Positions 1 through 14,700 of a stretch of DNA of 64,000 nt are shown in pieces. This stretch comes from Bigelowiella natans CCMP2755. Taxonomy: Eukaryota; Protista; Cercozoa. How positions within the stretch are numbered: position 1 is the first letter of the stretch; every line of letters begins with the position of its first letter. Location of the stretch: positions 61,536 through 125,535 of the forward strand of contig ADNK01002059.1 of the NCBI GenBank assembly GCA_000320545.1, given 5' to 3'. The notes below the pieces were generated by a model that was not told the origin of the DNA, did not search any database, and was given only the letters and a program-made list of their open reading frames with translations. Both the position numbers and the translations under genes were made by a program.

Positions 1-68
1 TATTTGTTCTTATGAAAATCATTATTGGTTCAGAGAAGAGACCATTTCCATCTATTCTCCATCTGCTT

Positions 69-631
69 CTAAAATTTATTCCCCTCGATGACATCATTTA
101 TGTTATAGAGATGATTTGATATATAACTAACCTTGATTGAAGCATTGATTTTATTTAATTTCATGTCTTTTTCTTTTGATGTGCTTGATATGTCTGCAGA
201 TGCCAACTCATCATTATGACCTTCTTTTTTATCATTATCTTGACCACGTGCGGCTTTATTTTCCTCTGCAATTAATTCATTCTCACCAGTTTGCTTTGGA
301 CGTTGCTGGTGGTGGTGGTGGTCTTTGCCCTCCTTCTTTCTCTTTCCTTTCAAAATTTGCTTTCGAAGCAAATCGTTAGATATCTTCCTATTTGGGGGTT
401 CAAGTCCCTCGTAGGGCGTGAATCCGTACTTATTAATAATTGTATCCTGTGCCCCATGTTTTTTTAGCAAAGCAGTGAGATTCCTATTATGCTTATGGCA
501 TGAGAAATGCATAGGAGTTTGGCCATCCACCTGCAGCACATAAATACATTCTCGCATCATACACTCTGTCCACCTACACATAAATACATTCTCACATGCA
601 CCCTGTATACATGCAGATAATAAAACCAGTT

Positions 632-667
<36 letters not shown>

Positions 668-1564
668 ACTTACATAGATAACACAATCTTAAATTGATAG
701 ATAAATACATGCATACGATTGTCGTCACCACACACTCATTCATTCATTAGTATGATGAGTATTTGATTAAAGACATTATCTCATTCCCTCACACATGTAT
801 TAGAAATCATTGTTTTACATACATTTTGGCCATTTATGAAGCAGCCAGCTTTAATGCATATTTTGGCCGCTTTTGTGTCTCCAAGTTGACATGCAAGATG
901 TAAACAGGAGTTTTTATTTTCATCGGTCATTGAGTTTGGATTATTCGTCGCATCTTGCAGCAATCGCCTGGCTTCTCCATATCGATTTTCTTTTAAAAAT
1001 CGGAATAGTTCTTGTTGTCTTAGAGCAGCCCCATCTTTGCTCTCCAAACCTTGCTTCGGAATCAACCCATTGTCATTTTTAATGCTATCCTTAGCTCCTT
1101 TTTTTATCAAATATTTTGCAAGATCGGTGCTACCATAATGGTAGAGTATGTGAAGTGGGGTGCTTTTGGTATTCTGTTGTACAAATCAATCAATTGTAGG
1201 CATAATGCCAGGAAGAAGAGGAAAGAACACAATATATACTAAGTCAAATATAGAAGAAGAATAGATGATAAACTAACACACACTTAAAGCAATGATGATG
1301 ATTTAAAGTACATCATCAGACATTTTAGATGCTGCTTAAAATACATGTAATGTCACGTACGTTCTGTGCATTGACGTTTGCGTGGTTTCGAAGACAAGTT
1401 TTAACAATCTTTTTATTTCCTAAAATTACAAGATGAAGTTGAACATAGATGATGAATCACGAGAGAAGTCCATCAATAACAACACGTTAAAATAAAGACA
1501 GCGGTCATCCTTTCCTCCCCTTAGTCCTCCTGATCACGATTCCCTTTTGATTTCCTTTATGGTG

Positions 1565-1597
<33 letters not shown>

Positions 1598-2064
1598 TTC
1601 CACTACTACTACGACTACCTGTTGTGCATGCAATATGCAAGCATGTATTTCCATCTTTATCCTTAATATCTGCAGCTACTTCAGTATATCCGCCAGCTTT
1701 GCTGTCTTTTGCGATGACTTCAGTTATTTTACTAGCAAATATCTCAGAAACCTTCTGGAAGTGCAGCTCCCTGATAGCATTGTGTAGTTCTACCTGCATC
1801 CTCTCTGCTTCCGTCAATTTTGTTTTCTCTTCTTTCTTTTCTTCATTTTTGCCACCGTCATCTTGATCATCTTCCTTTCTTAACAAGTTAACAACCAATT
1901 CGTTGTCTTTTCGCAAAATCATTCTATACATATCCAAGAAGGCCTCAAACGTTTCTGCGCTTGGAGCTCCGTGCTAATTAATTGATATATCAACCCACGC
2001 CGCAATGAAGTGAAATGCTATTGTCACTTCCACATCATTATTTCAATTATATATAAAAAAAAGA

Positions 2065-2098
<34 letters not shown>

Positions 2099-2904
2099 GC
2101 CCCTGCACGTATCTTTTCGGATATATTGATTATATGATATAGGGTTATTATACCATTGCATTCATCTTTTCGAACATATTGTTCCATTCCTTCATAGACA
2201 GCTGGTGATCCTTACAGAGGAGGAGTAGCATCGAGAAGCATTATGAAGAAGAAGAAGAAGAAGAAGAAGAAGAAGAGAAAGAGGAGGAGGAGGAAGATGA
2301 TCAAGCACCAGCAAAAATCCAACACGTTGAAATAATATATTGGCGTTTGATTATACACAACAAACAGAAGACAATGAAAAACATCATCATCTACTACATA
2401 CACTACAGCGGTCGGTAAGTACATGAATGATGACTCTTACGCAATGAAAGGATGACGATTATAAACGAAGATATGATGATGATGATGATAATGATGACGT
2501 GCATATCTGACCTCATCTGAATCCCCAAATATTAGAAGTTTCTCAAGCATCTTTCCTTTTGTTGACATTTTTTGTACTCGATTTATCTAGTAAACAATTA
2601 GTTAAGCCAACCAAAAAATAAGAAATCATCATCATCGTGGGACATATAAATCCATCATTTGTTCTCCTAAGTTAGTTAGTTAAGTAGTCGCATCATCCTC
2701 CTTGGCTACTACTAATTCTCAGCTACAACAACTATTCTGTGACTTCTGCTGCATCATTGTCTATTAATTTTACTTGCACTCGGTCATTCACCAGCATATA
2801 ATATATTGTATTATACTACATGATGCCAATGGTCATCAGCATATAATGTATCGTAATATACTACATGCCAATGGTGCTCGATATCGTCATTATTACCACA
2901 CACA

Positions 2905-2940
<36 letters not shown>

Positions 2941-3048
2941 TATAAACCTCTTCTGATTTTATGAAGCCGTTTTTGTCTTTATCAAGCATCCGGAACAGCT
3001 TGGGCCAGAGCTGCTGCAGTCGAACTAAACAACATCAATAGTTATTAC

Positions 3049-3083
<35 letters not shown>

Positions 3084-3659
3084 TGATGATGATAATAATA
3101 GCGAATGTAAGAATACAACGGTAATCGTAACAACATCTAATTGATTCGATGATGAAGACAGTGGAAGAACATGAAACAAATGGTGGCAAATGAGTGGTGG
3201 TTTTCGTGTAGACAGCTATGGATATTGTAGTAGTACACTATTATGTATTAGTAGCAAATCAAATGCAATATGACTAAGAAATATAAAAAAAAGACAAAAA
3301 AATACAGCACTAGTAATGATCATCAATCGAACACTATGTTGTTGTTACTATTATTATTATCATTATTATTATTATTGTTGTTATTATGGTCACCATTGTT
3401 CTGCCTGTATTATTACCTGAATAGTTTCCTTCATCTTCATCATCGTCTTCCTCTTTGTCGGCGGTGTAGAACTCATCATCGTGCACAATCCCAACATCTT
3501 CATTTGGTTTTAACGCGTCACCAGATATGCTGTTATACATGCGTAGATATGCTAAATACTGCTTCTTGTCAGGAGACTTATCCTGTTATTATTATATTTT
3601 ATATTATATATAACTGAATGAATACCTTATCATAAAGGCGATTTGGGTATTAAGTTCGT

Positions 3660-3701
<42 letters not shown>

Positions 3702-4236
3702 ACATACACACACATAAATTTTATGCGGCTGCTAAGATACGCTACTAATCTCGTCACCACCATCCATGATCATCACCATCATCATCTGATCTTCTACATC
3801 TCATCTAATGTATCACTTTCACCACATCCTGGAACATTTTATTCCATTCCTGACGTGATACTTTGTTGTCCTGTTTATATATTATAACAACTTCGTCAAT
3901 GTATTGCGCCCCTCCCTCCTCGTCGTCATGATCATCGTCATCATCATTAATAGAATATGTGTATTATGAGGAGGAGGAGGAGAAGGAAGAGGAGTAACAG
4001 CAGCAGCATTAGCTGTACAAATCGCGTCTAGTAGTAGTGGGAGGAGGAAGAGGATTGAGAGGAGGAAGGTGAGAGCATACAGTAGTAGTAGTAGTAGTAG
4101 TAGTAGTACCTGGTTGGAATCTGACATTTCTATCATCATTATAAGTGCTCGAGCATCATCAAACTTCTCCTTTATTTTCATAATTTCCATCGATTCAATG
4201 TAGCCTATAATGTATGGTGATAATAACAATATTGAG

Positions 4237-4267
<31 letters not shown>

Positions 4268-4709
4268 CAAGTATCAGCAACTTTGAGGAGTGGAAAGGGG
4301 TGAAATAACAATCTTGGAACACTTGATTATTATCATTATAATTACATACACGTAAACGCACATATAATAATAACAATAATAATAATAATAACTATAATAT
4401 CCTGCTTGCAGTTGCGTCCACTCAAAGAGAACGAAGCAAATGTTACAATATGACTAACTTGGACGACGACAGTAATAATGACTTCGAGGAGGAGGAGGAG
4501 GAGAGGTCAGAAAGAGGTGATATTCTGCGTATGTTGTACAAGCTCTCTCTCTCTCTCTTTCTAAAGCACACACATACACACATGGCAGCTATGTAAATTG
4601 TTTTGTAGTATGAACCGCTTCGATCGTTATCAAAGAATCGGAATATTCTGCTCCATAATCCTTGCATGCGGTCTAATGATGATAAATGATGTGTATTATT
4701 ACAGAAACA

Positions 4710-4745
<36 letters not shown>

Positions 4746-4999
4746 CTGATGACAATCGTGAGAGGATGGTAATAATAATAGCTGCAAAGTGCTTTATAGA
4801 CAACTAGTTACTATTACCTGAATAAACGTAATTATCATCATGTATATATAGATTAGACATGTATTACTTAGAATCATAGCAAGAGGAATACAGCTACTAC
4901 TACTACTACAACTACCTACCTACCTACCTACTACACAAAGAGCACATCAAAGTTGTGTGTAACAACAACACAGTATGCTGCATGTATGTTATATGTATA

Positions 5000-5044
<45 letters not shown>

Positions 5045-7489
5045 TCTCTTCTACCAATATTTACCAACCGTGATACATCTTTTCCTCGTCCCCAACTTCA
5101 TCATCATCATCATCATCATCGTCATTTCTTTGTTGTTGCGCCGGTAACTGTTTGCCATCATCGTGTGGTCAAGTCAATAGATTTCAATAACATTAACCAA
5201 CAACATCAACGACGGCTTCTTATCATCCATACACGTAAATCGTCAAGCGTAATGTTATCATCGCCCCCACAAATTATATTACAGGATTTCTTTAAAATCA
5301 TGATGATAGAAATGAAAAGTACTAGGATATTGATTAGCAGCAGGAGGAGGAGGAGGGAGATATTGATCATCTATCTACGTTGTTATTAGGCATTAGTAGT
5401 ACTTTAGCTACTGCTTTCATGATATTCTTATACATTTCCAACGATGCCTCGAAAGACTCCTTGGAAGGAAGTCCTTGCTGTTTATGGACAACAACGAGTA
5501 GTAAACACATGATGATGATCGCATTCATTCTAGGGTTAGAAGTTGTAGTTGCAGTAGTAGCAGCAGCAGCAGTACTGTTGTTGTTGTTGTTGTTATTGTT
5601 GTTATTATTGTTGTTTTTAGGAGCTGCAAGAAACGCCCTGTTAGTAGGGTACAGCATTTCAATTAAGGAAAAAATGATATCATCCCTGAAATGTAGACGG
5701 TTCATCGTTATCATCATCATCATCATCATTATCATCATCATCATTATCATCATCATCATCATCATCATCATTTTATTATCATTATTATTACTTTTCATAC
5801 TGTGACTACTACTTTTAGGAATATCATTCTAATAATCTACTATATAATCTTAGTCAAATAGTAGACAACAACAACATCAACTAATACCACTACTGCTGCA
5901 ACTACCTTTTCCACTACACACTCTAACATTTTCATCCACTCTAACTTTGTGATTTTGTCATCCTTTTTTGAAGCAAAACAAAAAGGAGGAGGAGAAGGAA
6001 TAATAATAATAATAATGATAATAATAATGAGTTTTTGTTTAAAATTGTTGATCCACTAAATTCCACTTTCTTCTTTAATTTTTTCCTTGTTCTCCTCTCT
6101 TCATCATGTATTATCGATAACGTCATACTATCACCACATATCTACTACCTTATTCTCATCCGACATCTCCATCAACTTAAACATCTTGCCCACTTTCTTG
6201 TCGCATTTTTCCGCGACTTTCATCATCTGTAGCATGTTTTGGGCGTGAAATTAGGCTAGAAACAATAATAACTGTAATTAACATTGATAATGATGATAAT
6301 GATGATCGATGATCATCAACCATGTGAGTTGCAAGCACTACCAACAACAACAAGCAGTAGTAGTACCTCTTCGTAGTCCACAAAATCATCACTATCCTGA
6401 TTGACGGCATCCCAAATTCGAGGCCAAATCCCATACAATCGTTCTGAATAACACCGTTGTTATATATAATTACGATGCGTTTCATTTCGACGACAACAAA
6501 TAAACGACTTACTACGTGCATCATCATCATCATCATCATATACAATTATCATGTATGGCTGTGGTACATCAGTGATGCTAGTAATTGTAGTAATGCTGCT
6601 ATGGACAAACCGAGGTATGCTTCTCTGTCGTCGTCATCATCATCATCATCCGAAATATTATCTGCAGCTGATTTAATGCTATTTCTAAACACGGTCTTGT
6701 ACATATCCAGACACTTGTTGTACGTGCTCTCGTTGGGACTTCCAAACTAATTTAATAATAATAATAATAATAACAAATAATAATATGATCAATGACCAAA
6801 CTAATAATAGCAGTATTTTGAAAACAATGTAACCATCATAGAGCACCGATTAGTTGTCAGGAATTATTATCGATGTGAAATATGTATCAAAAAATGGTAT
6901 AACAACAGCCCCTTTACTACGAACTCGACATAACTCATTGACGTTGGATGAAAGTGTCTCATGATGTCATTATTATCACTACTGCCTCTTGCACAATCAT
7001 CATAATATTAGTGCTAAAAGTGGTAGTGGTAGTGATAGCAATTTGCTATCATAACCCTAGAATCCTTTTCTTCTTCCTCCTCCTCCTACTACTACTATTA
7101 CTACGTATGCTACTACTTCTTATTACTTGTGCTATCATGTCGTCAAACATTAATGCCCACTCCCTCGAAGTAACCTTCCCATCCTAACATTATTATTATT
7201 AATAATAATTATAATAATAATACAATAACAGTAACAATAATGATAACCATAATAACTTTACCATAATACGTACGCTCGATCGTTGGATGCATCTTCTTCT
7301 TCTTCTTCTTCTTCTTCTTCTTCTATACGCTACTGCTACTACTACTATTCTTAGTGGGTTGTTGATGTATGTAAGAAGTTCTTCATAGTACCTCATCAGT
7401 GTTGGACTTTTTCATTATATTAACCAGAAACCCCACATTGCATTGCCTTTGAACGTCCTCAATCTGACAGCAGAACCATACATCATAGC

Positions 7490-7520
<31 letters not shown>

Positions 7521-9100
7521 ATGTCCGATTGTTGTTATAGTAATCATCATCATCATCTTTTTCTTCTTCTTCTTCTTCTTCTCCTCTCTGCTGGCTGCTA
7601 TCCATGAGCGACCGGATAGTTATTATTATGGGTAGTGGGGGAGGGAGAGAGAGAGAGAGAGATATGATTATGATGCTACTGAAGAAGTAATTCCCCTTAC
7701 CAAAAGTAGACAATGTAGTTTGGATAACGATGTTGATGGAAATAATTGCGACAACAAACAATGATGACGATGGTGATAATGATGATGATGATGGTGGTGG
7801 TGATGAGGATAATATGAGGATAGTAGATAAAGTAATAACAAATGCTAAATGTGAATTATAATAGTAAGTGTTCAAAATGTATTTAATAGGTAGTAGCAGG
7901 TCCTCAGTAACATGATGTTTGAAAATCTCTCCTCTCTTTATCGATCGGGATACTACTACTACTTAGTAGTTTTTTTATATAATATATACACACTTTGGTT
8001 GCAGAAGGAGAAAGTACTATCGTTTGGGTGCTAGATAGCTATCATGGGAACTGCTTTCTATGGGTTGTATTATCTTTTTATTCTTTTGGAAGACCTACTA
8101 CGACTACTGCTTACACTTATTGTTATTGTCACAGTCAATAACATCTCACCTCGGTAGTCTCCACAGTACCATTTTTGTCCTGATCAAAAGCTTTAAATAT
8201 CTTAGGCCAAAGCTTTCTCATGCAGTCTGATGGTGGTGGGAGAAACATCAGTAGTTTCAAATGGTGTGGAAGTCATCATGACGACGAATTCGGGTCGTCG
8301 CATTGTGGAATGAAAGAGTTTTTAATATTTGAGAATGTACCAAGATAATCTTTTTCCTGAATGCGTTCGCCCCCACCCTGTATAAAGTATCAACAATTAA
8401 CATTCTAGCAGCAGCATCTGCTAACCGAGTAGTAAAGTACAAGTTTATTATAAATCCTTCTTTGGAACAACCAACCTTTGAGTTAAGTAATTTCTTCTTT
8501 GCTCGAGTTTCCCCTTAAATAACGACGTCATAACAAATCAGATTTTTCCCTTTGAAAATGGCAAAATTCACTAGTACAGCAGCAGTAGGAGCTAATATAA
8601 TGACCATCACCATAATTATTATCTCTAATCTAAAAGAAGAGAAAAGAGGAAATACCTTTAATTGCCTTGAGCATTTTCTCGTAGGCTTCAAGCATCGAAT
8701 AGGAAGGTTTCTTAGCTTTCAATATTTTATCGAGTAGATCCAACCATTCCGATTTGGATATGAGCTCATCCTGTATTATTATTATCATTAGTATTAGTAA
8801 ATTTTGGAGAGGGATTAGAATGGTGTTTGTATAATAATACGCTTCACAACAAAGTACCTCGTTACTATCTGATGTCTCGAGCATCCATACTATTGTCGCT
8901 ACTTCTGGATGTTCTTCTTTTAGCTTTGATATCTACGAGGATATTGTTGTGAAGATTGATTAACAATGACAGAGATTATATGGTTATGACATATAAGACT
9001 AAAAAAACCTTGCAAGCGAGAAAAATGTGGATGGCAAAGGCGGCACAAAATCAATGGTGGTAACAAAATATACGATGAGAATAGTACACATCCCACGTAT

Positions 9101-9131
<31 letters not shown>

Positions 9132-9943
9132 CACACACACCTCTATTGCCTGCACCGATCCTGATCTGTCTGTATCAATTGCTTTGAAAAGACTCTTCCA
9201 AACTTTTTCAATTTTCTCTGTTCGCGAATTCACGTTCTTCATTTAAGTATGCGTGCGAGATAGTACTTCAAAACCTCTCAACATTTTGAGTGTGTGTGTG
9301 TGTGTGTGTCAATTAAGTATGCGTGCGAGATAGTACTTCAAAACCTCTCAACATTTTGAGTGTGTGTGTGTGTGTGTGCGTGTTGTAACAACATAATTGT
9401 GTGCTAAAAATTTCTACTTTATTTCATCCAATAGTTTAACGCGAAGAAGCTCTGCATGTACAGGGGGACACGGCGAATATCATAATATACTTAACAACTC
9501 CCAGTTTACGAATAACCTTTGATAACTATTTCCTCTGCACTCAGCTCCTCCTCCTCCTCAGCATTATCCTTAACGTTCTTCTTATCGCTGGCAGCTTTAT
9601 TGTCCTCCCCCTTTGCATGTTCAGTAGAGGCAGTAACACTGGCAGCTACTGCATTAGCAGGCGACTCGACAGATTTGTCATTTCCTCCCTTTACCTTGCT
9701 CTCACTTCCTTCCCCTTCCGCACCGTCATCTTCATTACCACTGCCATCATCACTTTTAGCGTCGTCGTCCTTATTTTCGCCCACCTTTTCTTCACTCTGA
9801 AATTCATCCTTCTCTTCGTCTTCTTCTTCTCCTAAATTCGTTTCAATATTTTTTCTGTTGCTCTTGTCATCAGTGGCTGAAGTTTTGCCTTCAGGATCAC
9901 CAGAAGGGGGCAAATTCTCATGACTACTGGCTCCGCATCCCAT
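69..9943 (-). CDS. Multi-exon N-myristoylated/palmitoylated Ca2+-binding protein: acidic linker, five EF-hand-pair modules, C-terminal ankyrin repeats
   Basis: Starts MGCGASS at 9943. EF loops in separate exons: DTDRSGSVQAIE (~9150), DQDKNGTVETTE (~8160), NQDSDDFVDYEE (~6380), DNDRSG|YIESME (~4620/4190), DKDKNGFIKSEE (~2960). Ankyrin motifs GNTCLHIAC, STPLHIL, KNSCLHLAC and GQTPMHFSC at 500-1680. Stop at 69. Exons are bounded by GT-AG. Confidence 0.8.
9243..9378. repeat. Intronic ~70-bp perfect tandem duplication
   Basis: ttaagtatgcgtgcgagatagtacttcaaaacctctcaacattttgag(tg)n occurs twice. Confidence 0.9.
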
Positions 9944-10199
9944 GTTTCGCTAAACAATCAATCTGTGCACGCTGCTAATGCCTCGTCTGTGTTGCACACG
10001 AGAGCTAAGGTGAACAATGAAAGCAGCAGCTCAACCGTGGAGCGTGGAGCACGTAATAACTGATGAAAGAGAGGGGGGAGCACAGCTGCTTTGCTTTGCT
10101 TTATGTTTTTTGTCGTAAGCAACTGCCGAACATTTTTCACTCACTGTTTTTAGAGTTTTCGAGGTTGGGGTGGATGTCGCAAGCTCGGAACAGAATGCA

Positions 10200-11600
10200 A
10201 TTTTCACCGGGATGCTCTGCTGTCTCTACTCGTGAGCAAAGAAATCTCGGCTCATTTTCACGGGAGACAGCGTTGTTTTTGTGTCGTCGCAGCTGATGGA
10301 TGTGTCCTGCATCCGTTTTGATGGTGGTCATTCTGCTTTCACTTTGTGCCTGGCTAGCTGGCTGCTCCACTTGCGATTCCTTCACCGATGGTTCTGACTC
10401 CTTCAGAACAAGGGTGTTGTTGGGTGAGCCCTCTGGCGATTTGGACAAGGATCGCCTCATTGACGGAGCCTTTGGGAAGTTTCTGGTCAGAGTGGGTGCG
10501 CGCTGCCCCTCGTGTTGTTGGTCGTGAGAACGCATCACGTGCGTGCATGATGGTTGGGTTCACGTTTTCACGTTGGTTGAACCCCCTGCCAGCTGGCCAG
10601 CCTCTAGTGACCTGGACACGGCTAGACGGATCGCCTCACCGACAGCTCCTTCAGGAAGTTCCTGGCCAGCTAGCCAGGATTGATGCACTGCATGCACATC
10701 GTCTTTTTGGCTCCCATTGGTCAAAGTTTCTTCCTTTTTCTTTTCCTGCCGGGGGGTCATGGGAGGGGCCACGCCTAGACGCGTTTGAGTTCGCACCACT
10801 CGCACCACACACAAGCTAGCAAGGGAAGAAGTTGCAAGTGCTGTGAACCACAGACACAGCACGTGCAACGTGTGCAACACGCATGCATGTCCATTGCTGT
10901 GAAGGTGCCAGGTGCCAAAGCAGACCTCACACTGCTAGACTGGACTGGAGCATATTTCTCGCATCGTCAAAGTGGGAGCACTGAAATTTGGGATCACTTC
11001 TTTCACACGCTAGCACGTTCTCCCGTTCGCCCAAAACGATGATGGCCGCTTTGCGGCTGCACGCTTGAAACCACCCTTGCGTTCGTTCGTACTAGCGTGC
11101 TCCGCTAGCCCGCTTTGCTGCATGCTAGCATGCTAGCATGGGTCTTGTGAGAAAAAAAAATCCTCGTCCGCCATCTACCAAGCGATTTCCACGCGTGCCA
11201 GCTAGCCAGCTATAGCTAGCTAGCAGGTCCGCTAGTCCGGTGCACGCGTGGCAGATGACGATGGGAAGCAGCTTCCCACCTGGAAACCCACAGCTAGACA
11301 GCTTGACAGGAATGATGCAATGGGATGAAGGGAGGTCGATCCAATTTTTGAACTGATCACAGGTTGGCAGATTGCTTTGTTGTTGCAAAGCGCACATGAA
11401 GAAAAACACAAGCTTTCACTGCTCACTCTGCTGCTTGGCTGCGATGTCCAAATCATGCTCAACGAAGGCAGGCAAACTGTCGCATGATTTTCAACGTTGC
11501 AGGCGCACACGACGCTAGGACGCCATTTCGTCACAAATTCAGCTCGACGGGCAAGTCCAACATCGCCCGTGCTAGCGTGGCTTCATTTAGAGTGAGTTAG
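10200..11600. other. TpA-depleted intergenic island 1 (probably mutated repeat or relic DNA)
   Basis: Hand count over 10261-11580 gives 24 TA dinucleotides, 19 of them in CTAG. Many overlapping Tyr-poor spurious ORFs occur on both strands. Confidence 0.85.
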
Positions 11601-11735
11601 TGAGCTAGCACAGCACACATGATGGGATTTGTACGATAAGTGAACAACAGAAACGTCGCTCCATGGTCAGTTGGTCAAAGCTTTTGGTGGCATTTGGACG
11701 CATGTACGAATTGCAATCAAGTTGACGAACATCGC

Positions 11736-14700
11736 CTAAAATTCCGGCAACGCATCTCTACGATGCTGGGCTGTTGTCAGTCGCATCTCGTTAAACATTG
11801 GATCCAAATGTGGTAAGTTCACCCCAGATTGTATGGATGAAACCGAGACTTCCTTGCCATTCCAACCCGGCTCATCGTCGGATGAAGTTCCATCTACGCC
11901 ATCATCATCCGATAAAAGTTCGCTCTCATTCACCCCAAGAAATTTTGCAATTTCCAACCGCATGCGTATTTTCTGTTTTTCTTCACCATTACCAAAGGTG
12001 GCCTTAATGACACCCGGCCTGTCTTTATGCTTTGTGTTTTGTTCCATGAGGCCAGCAGCACATTTCATTTCCTCAATATCGCTAGGGCTAAACAGCATGG
12101 AGTTCTCTGCGGATTGGGTAACTTTTTCAAACTCGACACTAAATTCATCTGACAGAGCATGCGCTCGGCGCAGCAAACGGCGAATGACCGAAATATTGTT
12201 GTCAACTGAAACCCCGTTGATTCTGAGGATTCGCATGCCCACCATCAATCCCCTTACATCCCCTTTTATGCTATCCACCCTTCCCTTCTCATCGATGCTG
12301 CAAGAAGGAACATCCGAACTTAAACGGAGCGTAATTGCATTTCCAGCATGAGTCCCATTGTTACATCCGCGGTTCTTCTCTTTCTCATAGTTCCCATCGA
12401 CGACGACGGCAGTGTTACTATGGACGATTCTATTGTCATTGCTGAGGCTGCTTGTGGTTTCATTGCCACCGAGCCTAGAGCTATCTATGTTTGTCGAGTT
12501 AACCTTCTCATCATCGTCTTTATCGTCTCGCGAGGAGGAGGCCAATCTATGTATCCCGCCGAAGTAGCAACAGCAGCAGCAGCAGCAGCAGATACCGGAA
12601 AGGGCTGCCTCAATGCACAATATGACAATAAACCGTGCTGTGAAGTCTTGCGGCCAACTTAACAATGTGACGATCACAGCATCTAGATTGGAGCGACGAT
12701 ACTTCCAGGAAAGAATACCAAGAAGGAAACCGGATCCTAGCACCACAGAGAAGCACAAGAGCAATGCGACAGCTTCTTGTAGTGTCCATTGATCATGCCG
12801 AACCTTGTTGTCCTCTTTGAAGCTCTCCGAGGTCAAACCGAAGAACACAGAAGAATTCCTCTCATATGACCGTTTTGGAGGGTCCTGATAATAGTTAACC
12901 ATGCAAATTCATTACTACCTTCTTCGTCTCTGCTGCATGCTGCGTATTGTGATGAGAATGAAGTAACCAAATGCACTATTTTCTTCTTTTAAAAAGCAAA
13001 ACTGATGGTTACATAAATAGGGAGAAATGAGAGAGTAGTGTAAGATTGACCATATGCACAGAGTAAGCTGAAGACCGATTAGTTTTTCGCAGCCCCCCCT
13101 TTGAGATCTGACTTTTCTGATTGTTCTCCCTTCTTCCCGCCCCCCTTCGTCCCTCGCCAGTAGCAGCTTTGTCGCTCACCCAACCTCCAAAGGCAGAGCT
13201 GGTACCGATCAAAGCGGCTTGGCTGGCAAGGGTTCCACCTGCACCGATAAGCGAAGCTGCCTGCACGCCTTCTAAATCCGAACGCAATTTCGCATCACTG
13301 GCTTCGTTATCACTCTCATCAGCATCATCGTCCTCCTCGCGATCATCCCTCTCCTGAGCCTCATTCTCCGCGTCTCCCTCATCTCTGTAGGAGTTAGTCA
13401 TATGATATCATTATTTCGTAGAATATATGAGAATTAAGGGCCCTTCCATGATTTCTTTGCTTGTAGCCCCTCGTGGTAGTAGTATGTGTGTGCATATATT
13501 TATATCATGAAGGGGATCTTCTAATAGTTATAACGTAATTAGTAATGATAGTACCAAGAAGGTGGTAGCAAATACACACACAGCACACACACACACACAC
13601 ACACATACTCACACATGCATCATCATTATGTTGCATTTTGTATGTGCGACTGCGTATAATTTTAATTTTTAGAATATAGGATTAGTAATGATGTGTCTAC
13701 TATTAATACAAATTTAAATACTATAGGCAATCATTAATAATATATCCACAGATGATGCATCCATTCGACAACAGTGGAACAAATCACCATCATCAATTGT
13801 TATTAATACCCTCCAGCAGCATCATCCGCCCCATCCTCTCCCCCATCTTCAAAAGCGATTTCCATTGAGTCTTGCTCCCCAGCCATGATGGAAAGCAGGA
13901 AAAGAAGCATAGGGAAATACTCTGCCATTAACGACTTTTCGAATTTGATGCGGAACCAAGATGGCATTGGCCGGTAAAACAACTTAGAAATAATAAACGG
14001 AACTGGAAATGTTAAAATCACAGCCACCAGCGCCAAGGCACCCCGCCCACCAATTATGCCAATTTCCTGATTTGTGCCGGAGAGGAGTGCGGATACAACT
14101 GCTGCATTGAAAACCAATACCATAAGAATGGCCAAACGTTTCTGAGAATTTAAAAAGTCTCCATGCGGCCTCACAAATACGGCAAGCCATGGATGACGTC
14201 GCCTAAGAGCCCTATGTAGATAGAGCAGAAGAGGAGGAGGATATCAGCTGCTGATACGTAGATGATGATTCAATTGTATGCATATGAATATAAATGTGTG
14301 TGTATATTATATACTATCTGTGTATGCATGCGTCATGAGAAAGAAAAGAGTTGAGTAACGTTGTCCGTTGTTGTCGCATGTGATGATTGTCTATTAGCGA
14401 CGTACATACCATATGCCTGCAGTCCGGAAATTTTTAAATCTCTCCATGACACTATCATTATTGGAACCCTCCGCTCTCAGTTTTAAGACCATGTTTTGTG
14501 CTCTCCAGAACTGAGCTTCGATGAATTCTCTCTTTTCTATCGTATCATCATCATCATCATTCACCCTCATCAACCCCACTTGAGCAGCATGATCGTACAT
14601 CCTCGCTACGATAATTCCAATAATACAGATTAGGTACAATGCCAGTACCAAGGCCACGATCTGATTACGCAGGGGATTGAAGGCCTCAAGAGTTATGTCG

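Noticed and set aside
2200-8000. Poly-M/I/H/L/Y ORFs here and throughout the window
   Set aside because: They are translations of intronic microsatellites.
9958-11534. Many overlapping 60-140 aa ORFs on both strands
   Set aside because: They follow from the loss of TAA and most TAG stops in TpA-depleted DNA. No recognisable domains.
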